From assembly GCF_000195755.1 (NCBI RefSeq), contig NC_002937.3, positions 2,010,001 to 2,042,000 of the forward strand: DNA of 32,000 nt, in the 5' to 3' direction. Of the stretch, positions 1 to 7,598 are shown in pieces (the first letter of the stretch is position 1; each line of letters begins with the position of its first letter). This stretch comes from Nitratidesulfovibrio vulgaris str. Hildenborough (GTDB taxonomy: Bacteria; Desulfobacterota; Desulfovibrionia; Desulfovibrionales; Desulfovibrionaceae). A program made the translations under genes and the position numbers. The notes beneath the pieces were generated by a model that saw only the letters and a program-made list of their open reading frames with translations, was not told the origin of the DNA and did not search any database.

Positions 1-618
1 ATGCTTGCCCGAGTAGACCACGGTGTAGTCCTTGTCGGGGGTAAGACCAAGCTTGGGGAAGATGGCGCGGGGGGCGAGGTTGCCGGAGTTGGAAGAAGCG
101 GAGGTATGCGCCACGCGCTTGCCCTTAAGGTCTTCCAGCTTCTGGTAGGGGCTGTCCTTGCGCACGATGAGCAGCAGACGGTAGCCCTGGAACTCGTCGG
201 CGTTGCCCTTCACGGCGATGGGCACATAGCCCGCGAGGTTGACGGCGTAGCAGGTGGGGCCGGTAGAGAAGCCTGCGATGTGCAGACGACCCGAGCGCAT
301 GGCCTCCACCTCGGCAGCGTTGGACTGCACGGTGTAGTAGATGACCTTCTTACCGGTCTTCTTTTCGAGAAATGCCTGAAAATCGGCGAAAGCGTCCTTG
401 TAGACCGCCGGGTCCTCGACGGGGGTGTAGGTAAACACCAGCGTGCTGGGGTCCTTCTGCTTCGCGGCATCCTTGGGCGTGTCGGCCACAAGGTCCTTGT
501 TCTCGTCGCAGTAGTTCGAGTCGAGCGCACCGCGGTTGGTGCAGTCGTCAGCGAAGGCAACGGACGCGGTGAACATGGTTGCGGCCATGCAGAGCGCAGC
601 CAGCCATTTCTTGGACAT
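1..618 (-). CDS. PhnD-family periplasmic substrate-binding protein of a phosphonate/phosphite-type ABC transporter (N-terminal 206 aa; the 3' end lies outside the window)
   Basis: My own minus-strand translation from the ATG at 618-616. It is absent from the ORF track because it runs off the window. Sequence: MSKKWLAALCMAATMFTASVAFADDCTNRGALDSNYCDENKDLVADTPKD...STLVFTYTPVEDPAVYKDAFADFQAFLEKKTGKKVIYYTVQSNAAEVEAMRSGRLHIAGFSTGP...FQGYRLLLIVRKDSPYQKLEDLKGKRVAHTSASSNSGNLAP. It has a signal peptide, a GAGGAGG SD (complement of 624-630) 5 nt upstream, and the PhnD-like pattern GY..LIV.KDSP...DLKGK...S.SSNSG. Confidence 0.8.
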   Translation of the reverse strand, partial: MSKKWLAALCMAATMFTASVAFADDCTNRGALDSNYCDENKDLVADTPKDAAKQKDPSTLVFTYTPVEDPAVYKDAFADFQAFLEKKTGKKVIYYTVQSNAAEVEAMRSGRLHIAGFSTGPTCYAVNLAGYVPIAVKGNADEFQGYRLLLIVRKDSPYQKLEDLKGKRVAHTSASSNSGNLAPRAIFPKLGLTPDKDYTVVYSGKH

Positions 619-746
619 GTGTTCCTCCTCGGAAAGTTTGCGTCGGTACGGTGAACACTCCCTGAAGGCCACGCCGTCACAGGACGGCGTAACCTCAAAT
701 CCGCTCGACATTAGTAAAAACCAAAGAAGTGCAAAAGCACTATTTT

Positions 747-930
747 GCGCATCAATCACTATACATTTTTGACAAACAAAGCGCAGGCAGGGCAAGGCTG
801 GCCTGCTTTCCCGGGAGAGGCCCCCTCGCAACGACCAAGCACGCGCATCAAACCACAAAAACGCTTAAAAATCAAACCACTATGACATGCATAGCCTTTT
901 TACAAAATGATTAGATTCACTATGGAGCAT
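747..930. promoter_or_regulatory. AT-rich island with repeated ATCAA(n)CACTAT boxes; probable promoter/operator region for the PhnD-family transporter gene
   Basis: This stretch is much more AT-rich than its surroundings. ATCAATCACTATACAT (751-766) and ATCAAACCACTATGACAT (871-888) are near-repeats. ATCAAACCAC occurs exactly twice (847-856 and 871-880, 24 bp apart). A third TTCACTATG lies at 916-924. Confidence 0.35.
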
Positions 931-1171
931 GTCGAAGACGTCGCACGTCCTCCCACCAGCCGCACCCCGGTGCCGCCGCTGCCCCCGGACAGGAAGGCGT
1001 GATCCCCCCTGCCATACGGACTCGCCCCCGCCGCCGCATCCCCTATGCCGGGTACCACCAGCCGGTCGTAAGGCAGACCACAGCCAGTTGGTCGCGCAGG
1101 GCCACAGGTGCCGCCTTTCACATCGCGCCATGTCAGACACGCAGAGCACATCGGACGACCTTGGAGCATAC

Positions 1172-1202
1172 GCAAAGGGCCGGTCTTGGACCGGCCCTTT
1201 GC
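1172..1202 (-). terminator. Strong hairpin 19 nt downstream of the glpB stop (14-bp perfect stem, 3-nt loop)
   Basis: GCAAAGGGCCGGTC-TTG-GACCGGCCCTTTGC. There is no clear U-run on either strand, so it may be a stem-only or bidirectional terminator. Confidence 0.6.
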
Positions 1203-1220
1203 GTATGAAACCGAAAGACT

Positions 1221-2504
1221 CTAGCCTGCGGAAAACTGCGCGACGAAGGCATCGACAGCCACGGCAGAAGACCCGACAGCAAGACCGACACCGCACTTCT
1301 GGCGCATCCAGTCCTGATGGGCCAACAACGTTCCCACACAACGCACGTCTTCATGAAGCACGCGCCCTTCCTCATCCACCGGACGGAACGAGGAATCGGT
1401 CACCACCCCGGCGCGACTCACCGGATGCCCTGCGGGGTCGAAGAGGTCAAGGCTATGCCACTGCGACCGACCGGCGGGCTGGTGCACAGGCAGGTCGAGC
1501 ACGGTCTCGCGTATCCGGTCGCGCTCAGCGAACAGCCCATGCCCGAGGAAACGCCCCGTGGCGAGTATCATGCCCCGCGCACGGACGACACGTTCGACGC
1601 TCCCCTGCCCGATGGAGACCTGGAGCGCCCCGTCCTGCCGGTGGACATCAAGCACCTTGCGCTGGAGCATGAGGTCCACACCCTCTGTCCCGATATGCCC
1701 CTCGAACACGTTCTTGAGGCGCAGCCCCGGTACCGATGCGGGCAGCGTGGGAATCTCGAAGACCGGTACGCCAAGCATGGCTTCCATCTCGGCCAGAACC
1801 GTCCCGGGATGGAAGATACCGAGGATGGCGGGCAAGCCGACGCACGCGCAATCACCAAGATGTGGGCGGATGACTTCGGCAAGTTGCTCGCGTGTCACCC
1901 GCAACTCGAGAGCCTGCCCCATGATGCCTGTCAGAAGCGGGCGCATGGGGGTGCCGGGAAACTCGACCCGCACCGTACGCAGACCGGGCCATGCCCCGCC
2001 CACGGTATCGGCAATCTGGCGTGCGCTGTATTCGCGCAGGCCCTCGAAGTCGACCAGCAGGCACGGCTTCTTCTCCGCAAGGGCCTCGACGCCCGCCCAC
2101 ATGGTCGACGGCACGGCCCACGAGGTCTTGACGGTGCCCATGGGCGACAGCACACGGACGTTGGAGTCCCCGCCATTACGGTACGGCAGCCCGTGGGCCT
2201 CCAGCCAGCCGGTGAATTCGGCCAGGGCATCCTTCATCCGAGACGGGGCGATGACACCATAGGGATGCTTCGGTTCATCGGCCGCAAGACGCGCCATCCC
2301 CTCCCAGGGGGATGCGAGGCGGCGCCCCTCGGCCATGGGGTGCACCCCAAGGACATCGAACAGGCCACTGGCGAAGACGATCTCGCCGGTGCTCCCGGCC
2401 TGCACCACGGAAAGCCCGCGTCTGGCGGCGAAAAGCGCGGCAGCCATGCCCGCCATGCCCGTTCCGGCGACGACAAGGTCGCAATCATATGTTCTGTCGC
2501 TCAT
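1221..2504 (-). CDS. glpB: Anaerobic glycerol-3-phosphate dehydrogenase subunit B (427 aa)
   Basis: Track ORF 1221..2588, trimmed to the ATG at 2504 (MSDRTYDCDLVVAGTGMAGMAAALFAARRG, an FAD GxGxxG fold). A GGGGA SD lies just upstream, and the start is 8 nt after the glpA stop. Size and position directly after glpA fit GlpB. Confidence 0.85.
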   Translation of the reverse strand: MSDRTYDCDLVVAGTGMAGMAAALFAARRGLSVVQAGSTGEIVFASGLFDVLGVHPMAEGRRLASPWEGMARLAADEPKHPYGVIAPSRMKDALAEFTGWLEAHGLPYRNGGDSNVRVLSPMGTVKTSWAVPSTMWAGVEALAEKKPCLLVDFEGLREYSARQIADTVGGAWPGLRTVRVEFPGTPMRPLLTGIMGQALELRVTREQLAEVIRPHLGDCACVGLPAILGIFHPGTVLAEMEAMLGVPVFEIPTLPASVPGLRLKNVFEGHIGTEGVDLMLQRKVLDVHRQDGALQVSIGQGSVERVVRARGMILATGRFLGHGLFAERDRIRETVLDLPVHQPAGRSQWHSLDLFDPAGHPVSRAGVVTDSSFRPVDEEGRVLHEDVRCVGTLLAHQDWMRQKCGVGLAVGSSAVAVDAFVAQFSAG

Positions 2505-2512
2505 GTCGTCCC

Positions 2513-4063
2513 CTACTCCAGTTCCATACCCACAAGCCCGAAATACAGGGCTTCCTTGAGCTCGGCCTGATTGAACTGTGCCCCCCACAGGATGGGCCGC
2601 TGCCCCTTCCAGCGGGCACCGAGGAATTCGCGCAGGCCATCCAGCCCCTCGCGCCCTTCGATGATGCGCCTGTCATGCATGTGCGCCGTGATGCGCGCCC
2701 CGCAGAATGCTCCCTGACACGACCCCTTGCCCACGCGACTACGCAACCCGATGGCGAGCAGCCGGGGAGGTTCGGCCTCATCCTTGAACGTGGCGATGAT
2801 GCTGTCCACGCCCGACTTCGGTACGATCTCGCATTCGCACAGCAGATAGTCGTCACGATCATGGTTCCGCCACCAGTTCTGCTTCTGCAGCACACCTGGT
2901 TCCGCCCACTCCGCTTCGTCGGAAGGAGAGATGGGGCGTACGGCGGTGAGGCACGGGGCCGAAACGCCCAGACGTTCGCAGACGAGGTCTGCGGCGCGCT
3001 CGGCCATGAGACGGTAGGTCGTGAGCTTGCCGCCCGCGATGGTCACGAGGTTGTGTACGCCGTCCTCCTCGTGGTCGAGCAGCACGAAGCCGCGGCTTGC
3101 GGCGCGGTCGCTGCCCGAAGGCTTGCCGGAACGCACCAGAGGGCGCACCCCGGCGTAGGCACGGATGAAACGGGCATCGGCGAGGGAGGGCACCATACCC
3201 ATGCCCTCGTTGATGTTCACATCGACTTCAGCCACCGTGGGCCGTACGTCGTCGGGGCTTTCGACGCGCAAGGACGTGGTGCCGAGCACCGACACCGTAC
3301 CGCCGGGAACGAGAATGTCGCCGTCACCCGGTGTGCGCAACCGGTTGATGACCCGGTGGGCCATGCGCGTCTGCGTCACCAGAAGCGTACCCTTGGCGTA
3401 GACGATATCCACGTGGCATCCGGCCATGGCGGTGATGCCGCCCGACCACGCCCCGGCGGCGACCACATATTCATCGGCCACGATGCGGTATTCACGGCCG
3501 GAACGCATGTCCTCCACGCGCGCCGCGACGATACGACCGCGTTCCATGTCGAAACCGAGCACACGGGTGTAGCGCAGGTAACGTCCGCCGTGGCGTCCGG
3601 CGTCGGCCACGTTCTCCAGAGACAGCTTGAACGGGTCGACGGAGGCGTCTTCGACCTCATAGACCGCGAAGGTGCTCTCGGCGATTGCCGGTTCGTTGCG
3701 GCGGGCCTCATGGGCGTCGACCTCGCGGCACGGTACGCCTGCCTTGGCGCAGTAACCGGGGAAATCGGACGCGTAGGCAGGGTCGTCGCCTTCCACTGCC
3801 ACGAAGTAGCCGCCGGTCTCCTCGATGCACTGCGGGGCTATGCGCTTGAGGATGTCGCCCTCGGCCTTGCACTCCGCAGCGGCGTGCGGGTCGGTGAAGA
3901 CGTAGCGACCACCGCTGTGCAGAAGCCCGTGGTTGCCCCCGGAGGCTCCTGCGTTCACGTCACGCTGGTCGATGAGGATGCAATCGACCCCGCGCAGGGC
4001 GAGGTCGCGCGCCACGCCCGTGCCCGTGGCCCCGGCGCCGATGATGAGAACCTGAGTCTGCAA
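2513..4063 (-). CDS. glpA: Anaerobic glycerol-3-phosphate dehydrogenase subunit A, FAD-dependent, with a C-terminal BFD-like [2Fe-2S] domain (516 aa)
   Basis: Track ORF 2513..4096 (GTG). I prefer the TTG at 4063, preceded by GGAGG (complement of 4070-4074) with a 6-nt spacer, giving MQTQVLIIGAGATGTGVARDLALRG. Other motifs: GGKLTTYRLMAE, and C-terminal LLCECE...GKGSCQGAFCG. Confidence 0.88.
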   Translation of the reverse strand: MQTQVLIIGAGATGTGVARDLALRGVDCILIDQRDVNAGASGGNHGLLHSGGRYVFTDPHAAAECKAEGDILKRIAPQCIEETGGYFVAVEGDDPAYASDFPGYCAKAGVPCREVDAHEARRNEPAIAESTFAVYEVEDASVDPFKLSLENVADAGRHGGRYLRYTRVLGFDMERGRIVAARVEDMRSGREYRIVADEYVVAAGAWSGGITAMAGCHVDIVYAKGTLLVTQTRMAHRVINRLRTPGDGDILVPGGTVSVLGTTSLRVESPDDVRPTVAEVDVNINEGMGMVPSLADARFIRAYAGVRPLVRSGKPSGSDRAASRGFVLLDHEEDGVHNLVTIAGGKLTTYRLMAERAADLVCERLGVSAPCLTAVRPISPSDEAEWAEPGVLQKQNWWRNHDRDDYLLCECEIVPKSGVDSIIATFKDEAEPPRLLAIGLRSRVGKGSCQGAFCGARITAHMHDRRIIEGREGLDGLREFLGARWKGQRPILWGAQFNQAELKEALYFGLVGMELE

Positions 4064-4098
4064 GACGAACCTCCGATTACAGCGGTGTTCGAGCACCG

Positions 4099-4866
4099 CT
4101 ACAGCGACCCGAGGTCGTCCAGCACGAGGGTGGGCTGGCGTTCGAGGTCGGCTAGCTGCTCACGGCGCGTCTCGCCGCTGAGCACGAGTATGAAATCCAT
4201 GCCGGCATTCTCGGCCAGCACCTTGTCAGTATAGACCCTGTCACCCACCATGACCATCTCTTCAGGGGTGAAGTGCTTGAGGAGAGGTTTCAGGAGAATG
4301 GTGTTGGGCTTGCCGAAGACGAGGTCGGGGGTGCGCCCGGTGGCCGTCTCGTACAAGGCCATGAAGCTGCCCGCATCCGGCAGCGGCCCGCGGGGCGAGG
4401 GGCACACCTTGTCGGCATGCGTGGCAAGAAAGAGCACCTCGGGGCGCTGCAACAGAAGGCACGACGTCTCGAGCTTGCGGTAGGTGAGTTCGGTGTCGTA
4501 GCCGAGCACCACCGCCTGACAGTCGTCACCATCGGTGAAGACAAGTTCGGGCATCCGTTCACGCAGGAAGGCGGTGAAGTTGGCGTTCCCCACGGGGTAG
4601 ATGCGGGTGATGCCCTCGTCGCGCAGGTGGTCGACCAGCGGCAGAAGCGGCGAGAGCATCCGGTCAAGGCCGATATCGATGCCGAGACGCGCCAGCTTGG
4701 CCGTGTAGTCGGCGAGATTCTTCGATGTGTTGTTGGTGAGGAAGAATATCTCGCGCTTGCCGAGATTGCGGCGGATGAAATCCACCGTACCGGGAATGGG
4801 GTCATCGCCGAGATACACCGTACCGTCGAGGTCGAATATGAAACAGGTCTTGCCGTCGAGTTGCAT
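4099..4866 (-). CDS. HAD superfamily subfamily IIA (NagD/PGP-like) sugar- or polyol-phosphate phosphatase (255 aa)
   Basis: Track ORF 4099..5421, trimmed to the ATG at 4866 (GGAG SD 5 nt upstream). HAD motifs: I FIFDLDGTVY, II FFLTNNTS, III GKPN, IV VGDRVYTD. The stop is 35 nt upstream of the glpA start, so it is probably the first gene of the operon. Confidence 0.85.
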   Translation of the reverse strand: MQLDGKTCFIFDLDGTVYLGDDPIPGTVDFIRRNLGKREIFFLTNNTSKNLADYTAKLARLGIDIGLDRMLSPLLPLVDHLRDEGITRIYPVGNANFTAFLRERMPELVFTDGDDCQAVVLGYDTELTYRKLETSCLLLQRPEVLFLATHADKVCPSPRGPLPDAGSFMALYETATGRTPDLVFGKPNTILLKPLLKHFTPEEMVMVGDRVYTDKVLAENAGMDFILVLSGETRREQLADLERQPTLVLDDLGSL

Positions 4867-5076
4867 GACGTCTCCGCTGTCGTTGAAGTGGTGCCCATGT
4901 CGACGGGCTTGGTCTTTAGTGGACGAGAGGCCTGCTGTCCAGCGGCAGGCAAGTCGGCACGAAGCCTCGCGTGCAGCCGCCACGACGCAGGGACGGGCGG
5001 CCAGATTATGCGAGAAGGCATCGGGGCCGGCCTTCAGCGCCCGCCGTGCCATACGGGAAAAGGGTTCTCCCACGAC

Positions 5077-5105
5077 TTGCGCCCGTGGCTTGCGTGCCTT
5101 ATAGC
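5077..5105 (+). promoter_or_regulatory. Candidate sigma-70 promoter for the Dak2::DegV gene
   Basis: TTGCGC (5077-5082), 17-nt spacer, TATAGC (5100-5105), about 25 nt upstream of the ATG at 5131. Motif match only. Confidence 0.3.
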
Positions 5106-5130
5106 AGGGGCCGCATATCATCGGAGGTTC

Positions 5131-7044
5131 ATGCCTTTGTCCCAGACTCCCGCCAGAATCCGCTACCTCGACGGCATCCGCTTCAAGCGTGTCGTCCAGG
5201 CGGCAGCCACGCGTCTCATCGAACGACACGACCATCTCAATGCCATCAACGTCTTTCCCGTACCCGACGGCGACACCGGAAGCAATATGGCAGGAACGAT
5301 GCGCAGCATCGTATCCTCCACGGGTGACGCCATCGAACAGTCCATCGGGCGCATGAGCAAGGTCGTAGCCGAATCGGCACTCATGGGTGCGCGCGGCAAT
5401 TCCGGGGTCATCCTCGCGCAATTCCTGTGCGGGTTCTCCGAAGGGGTGAAGGGCCTCAGCCGCATCTCTCCGCAGGACTTCGCCAAAGCGGCTTCACTGG
5501 CGGCGACGCGGGCGCGCGAATCCATCGCCAATCCCAAAGAGGGCACCATCCTCTCGGTCATCCACGACTGGGCTGCGCACCTTCATGACAACCGGCACAG
5601 CTACGACGATTTCCACCAGTTGCTGCGCGACTCCATAGAAAGGGCGCGTACGTCGCTGGCAGAGACCCGCGAGAAGCTTGCTTCGCTGCGCGCCGCCGAC
5701 GTGGTCGACGCGGGCGGACAGGGTTTCGTCTATCTTCTTGAAGGCATCCTCGAATTCACGGAACGCGGCACCATCACAGCGCGCAAGGAAGGAGACGACG
5801 CCGAAGATACGGAAGCCGGACTCGCCCAGGAGAGGGTCTCCGTGGAGGAACTCACTTACGGTTACTGCACCGAATGCCTGCTGTCGGGCGACGACATCGA
5901 CCGCGAGACCCTGAGGGTACGCCTCGAACCCATGGGGGACAGCCTCGTGGTGGCAGGCACGGCGTCCCTTGTCCGCGTCCACATCCACACCGACGAACCG
6001 GATACCGTCTTCGGCATCGCCGCCGAATACGGGGAGGTGCGCCACCGCAAGGTCGAGGACATGCTACGCCAGCACCGCGACCTGCTGGGACTCACCACAC
6101 AGCCGGTGGGCATCGTCACTGACTCCACCTGCGACCTGCCCCGCGACCTTCTCGATGAATACGGTATCGCCACCGTGCCGCTGCGCCTCTTCCTCGATGA
6201 CGAGGAGTACGCCGACAAGGTCGACATCACCGCCGAGGAATTCAACCGCCGACTGCCCACGTCGCGGTCGGCGCGCACCTCGCAGCCCGCCCCTGCCGAC
6301 TTCGCCACCGCATACCGGGGACAGTTGGCGCGACACCGCGACATCGTCTCGTTGCACGTCATGGCCATGTACAGCGGCACATGCCAGTCGGCCACGGCCG
6401 TGGGACGTACCTTCGACGGGCATGTCCATGTGCTCGACACGCGCACCCTGTCATGCGGTCTGGGTCTCGTCGTCCTTGAAGCCGCCAGGCGCGCCCGTGA
6501 GGGCATGGCTGCCGACGAGATACTCCGCCTCGCCCAGCAGGATGCCGACAACCTGCGTGTCTTCGTCTCCATGGACACGCTCGACTTCGCCGTGCGCGGC
6601 GGGCGCATGAGTCGCGGCACCGGCATGGTGGCGAAGCTTCTGAACATCAAGCCCGTGGTCGAGTTTGCCGTGCGCAACGAGGGCAAGGTCGACGTGGTGG
6701 CCAAAGCCATCGGCGTTCGCCGGTCCGAAGCGCGCCTGATAGACCTGCTGCGCCGTGATGCGGAGGGTATGACCAACCTGCGCTTCGCCATCGCGCATGT
6801 CGGTGCCCCGCAGACCGCCCTTCGCTACGCCGAGGTGCTCAAGACCACCTTCGGTGTCGCCCCCGACTATATCATGCCCGCGTCGGCGGTGCTGGGCACA
6901 CACAGCGGCCCCGGCGCATGTGCCGTCGCCATGCTCGGCGACCGGCCCTCGACAGAGGACGCGAACACCACCACGGGCGGTGCCACAGACATCACCCCAG
7001 ACGCCACCGAGAGCCCGAGCGCACAACATTCTGCGACCGCATGA
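5131..7044 (+). CDS. Dak2 (DhaL/FakA-like) domain protein fused to a complete DegV (FakB-like) lipid-binding domain (637 aa)
   Basis: Track ORF 4273..7044, trimmed to the ATG at 5131 (GGAGG at 5124-5128). Dak2 motifs: VFPVPDGDTGSNM and GARGNSGVILAQF. YloV/FakA-type middle region: YGYCTECLL...MGDSLVVAG...VRVHIHTDEP. DegV hallmarks: VGIVTDSTCDLP, RTSQPAP, MYSGTCQSA, VLDTRTLSCGLG, RGGRMS, LLNIKPV, GTHSGPGA. It ends in a roughly 35-aa low-complexity tail. Confidence 0.85.
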   Translation: MPLSQTPARIRYLDGIRFKRVVQAAATRLIERHDHLNAINVFPVPDGDTGSNMAGTMRSIVSSTGDAIEQSIGRMSKVVAESALMGARGNSGVILAQFLCGFSEGVKGLSRISPQDFAKAASLAATRARESIANPKEGTILSVIHDWAAHLHDNRHSYDDFHQLLRDSIERARTSLAETREKLASLRAADVVDAGGQGFVYLLEGILEFTERGTITARKEGDDAEDTEAGLAQERVSVEELTYGYCTECLLSGDDIDRETLRVRLEPMGDSLVVAGTASLVRVHIHTDEPDTVFGIAAEYGEVRHRKVEDMLRQHRDLLGLTTQPVGIVTDSTCDLPRDLLDEYGIATVPLRLFLDDEEYADKVDITAEEFNRRLPTSRSARTSQPAPADFATAYRGQLARHRDIVSLHVMAMYSGTCQSATAVGRTFDGHVHVLDTRTLSCGLGLVVLEAARRAREGMAADEILRLAQQDADNLRVFVSMDTLDFAVRGGRMSRGTGMVAKLLNIKPVVEFAVRNEGKVDVVAKAIGVRRSEARLIDLLRRDAEGMTNLRFAIAHVGAPQTALRYAEVLKTTFGVAPDYIMPASAVLGTHSGPGACAVAMLGDRPSTEDANTTTGGATDITPDATESPSAQHSATA

Positions 7045-7130
7045 TGCGAAACATGCTGTGAAGGCTTGCCAGCAGAACCGACTGCCGTTACTTTGATGCT
7101 GTGGTGCGACACTGCATCAAGGGAGGCTTC

Positions 7131-7364
7131 ATGGCCTACATCTATTCGGACATATCCACGTTCAGCGGGCGAGCCATGCTGACCGAGCTCATCGGCAGGG
7201 AACTCAGTTCCGGCGGTGGGCTCACGGTCGCAGACGAGATCATCAGCCTCTACCTGCTCTCATTGCGTGTGGCAGAACAGTACCCCAACAGGGTACAGAC
7301 TGTAGTGCGTCCGAGGGCGGTGCCTGAAATCCTGCGAGGGCTATTCACCAACCTGCCCGTCTGA
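7131..7364 (+). CDS. Hypothetical small protein (77 aa); no family recognised
   Basis: ATG at 7131, 4 nt after GGGAGG (7121-7126). GC3-rich codons. A canonical rho-independent terminator lies about 55 nt after the stop. MAYIYSDISTFSGRAMLTELIGRELSSGGGLTVADEIISLYLLSLRVAEQYPNRVQTVVRPRAVPEILRGLFTNLPV. Confidence 0.55.
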   Translation: MAYIYSDISTFSGRAMLTELIGRELSSGGGLTVADEIISLYLLSLRVAEQYPNRVQTVVRPRAVPEILRGLFTNLPV

Positions 7365-7419
7365 TGTCCTCCGGATGCACCGTGTTCGCGTGGAGCCTGA
7401 ATGTTACGAGCCATCGTCA

Positions 7420-7448
7420 GGGCCGGATCGTATCCGGCCCTTTTCTTT
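7420..7448 (+). terminator. Rho-independent terminator
   Basis: GGGCCGGAT-CGT-ATCCGGCCC followed by TTTTCTTT. Confidence 0.8.
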
Positions 7449-7463
7449 GGCCCGTTGCCTGCC
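7448..7463 (+). promoter_or_regulatory. Candidate sigma-54 (-24/-12) promoter, distal, upstream of the oor operon
   Basis: TGGCCCgttgcCTGCC has the correct GG-N10-GC spacing relative to the consensus TGGCAC-N5-TTGCW. It lies 174 nt upstream of the oorD ATG. Motif match only. Confidence 0.3.
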
Positions 7464-7582
7464 AGCACGACGGCTCTTGTTTGTGCAACCGCGCAGCATA
7501 GCGCACTCTTTTGGGCTTGCCGTCCGCGACGCTTGGGTTTAATGGTGGCGCAATGCGTACTCCCCCTCCGTGCCGTGTCACG

Positions 7583-7598
7583 AGGGGCTCCCCTTGCG
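7583..7598 (+). promoter_or_regulatory. Alternative candidate sigma-54 (-24/-12) promoter, proximal to oorD
   Basis: AGGGGCtccccTTGCG has the correct GG-N10-GC spacing and a good -12 TTGC. It lies 39 nt upstream of the ATG at 7637 and overlaps the palindrome CCTTGCgGCAAGG (7592-7604). Confidence 0.25.

Noticed and set aside
1-654. Track ORF 1..654 (+), 217 aa
   Set aside because: It lies exactly antisense to a recognisable PhnD-family gene that has a signal peptide and SD. The product is Gly/Val/His/Arg-rich, as expected for a GC-rich shadow frame.
929-1672. ORF 929..1672 (+), 247 aa, and ORF 900..1175 (-), 91 aa, in the spacer upstream of the transporter gene
   Set aside because: The products are Pro/Arg-rich and low-complexity. 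The first runs antisense into glpB. Neither has a properly spaced SD (GGAG is only 1 nt from the ATG at 929).
2312-4234. Long antisense ORFs: 2312..4234 (+) 640 aa, 1317..2570 (+) 417 aa, 7833..9230 (-) 465 aa, 11323..12813 (+) 496 aa, 13311..15164 (+) 617 aa, 17440..18294 (-), 18036..19115 (-), 24250..25095 (-), and many shorter ones
   Set aside because: Each lies opposite a gene with clear family motifs. Their products are Arg/Gly/His/Asp-rich with no recognisable domains, SD sequences or GC3 signature. These are the classic shadow ORFs of high-GC DNA.
4273-5130. N-terminal extensions of track ORFs: the 923-aa version of the Dak2::DegV gene, the 440-aa version of the HAD gene (4867-5421), the 524-aa version of proA (15912-16226), the 413-aa version of the GT9 gene, and the 455-aa version of glpB
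   Set aside because: The extensions overlap the divergent neighbour or the intergenic DNA and lack homology-like sequence. Internal starts with good SD sequences reproduce the normal family N-termini and lengths.
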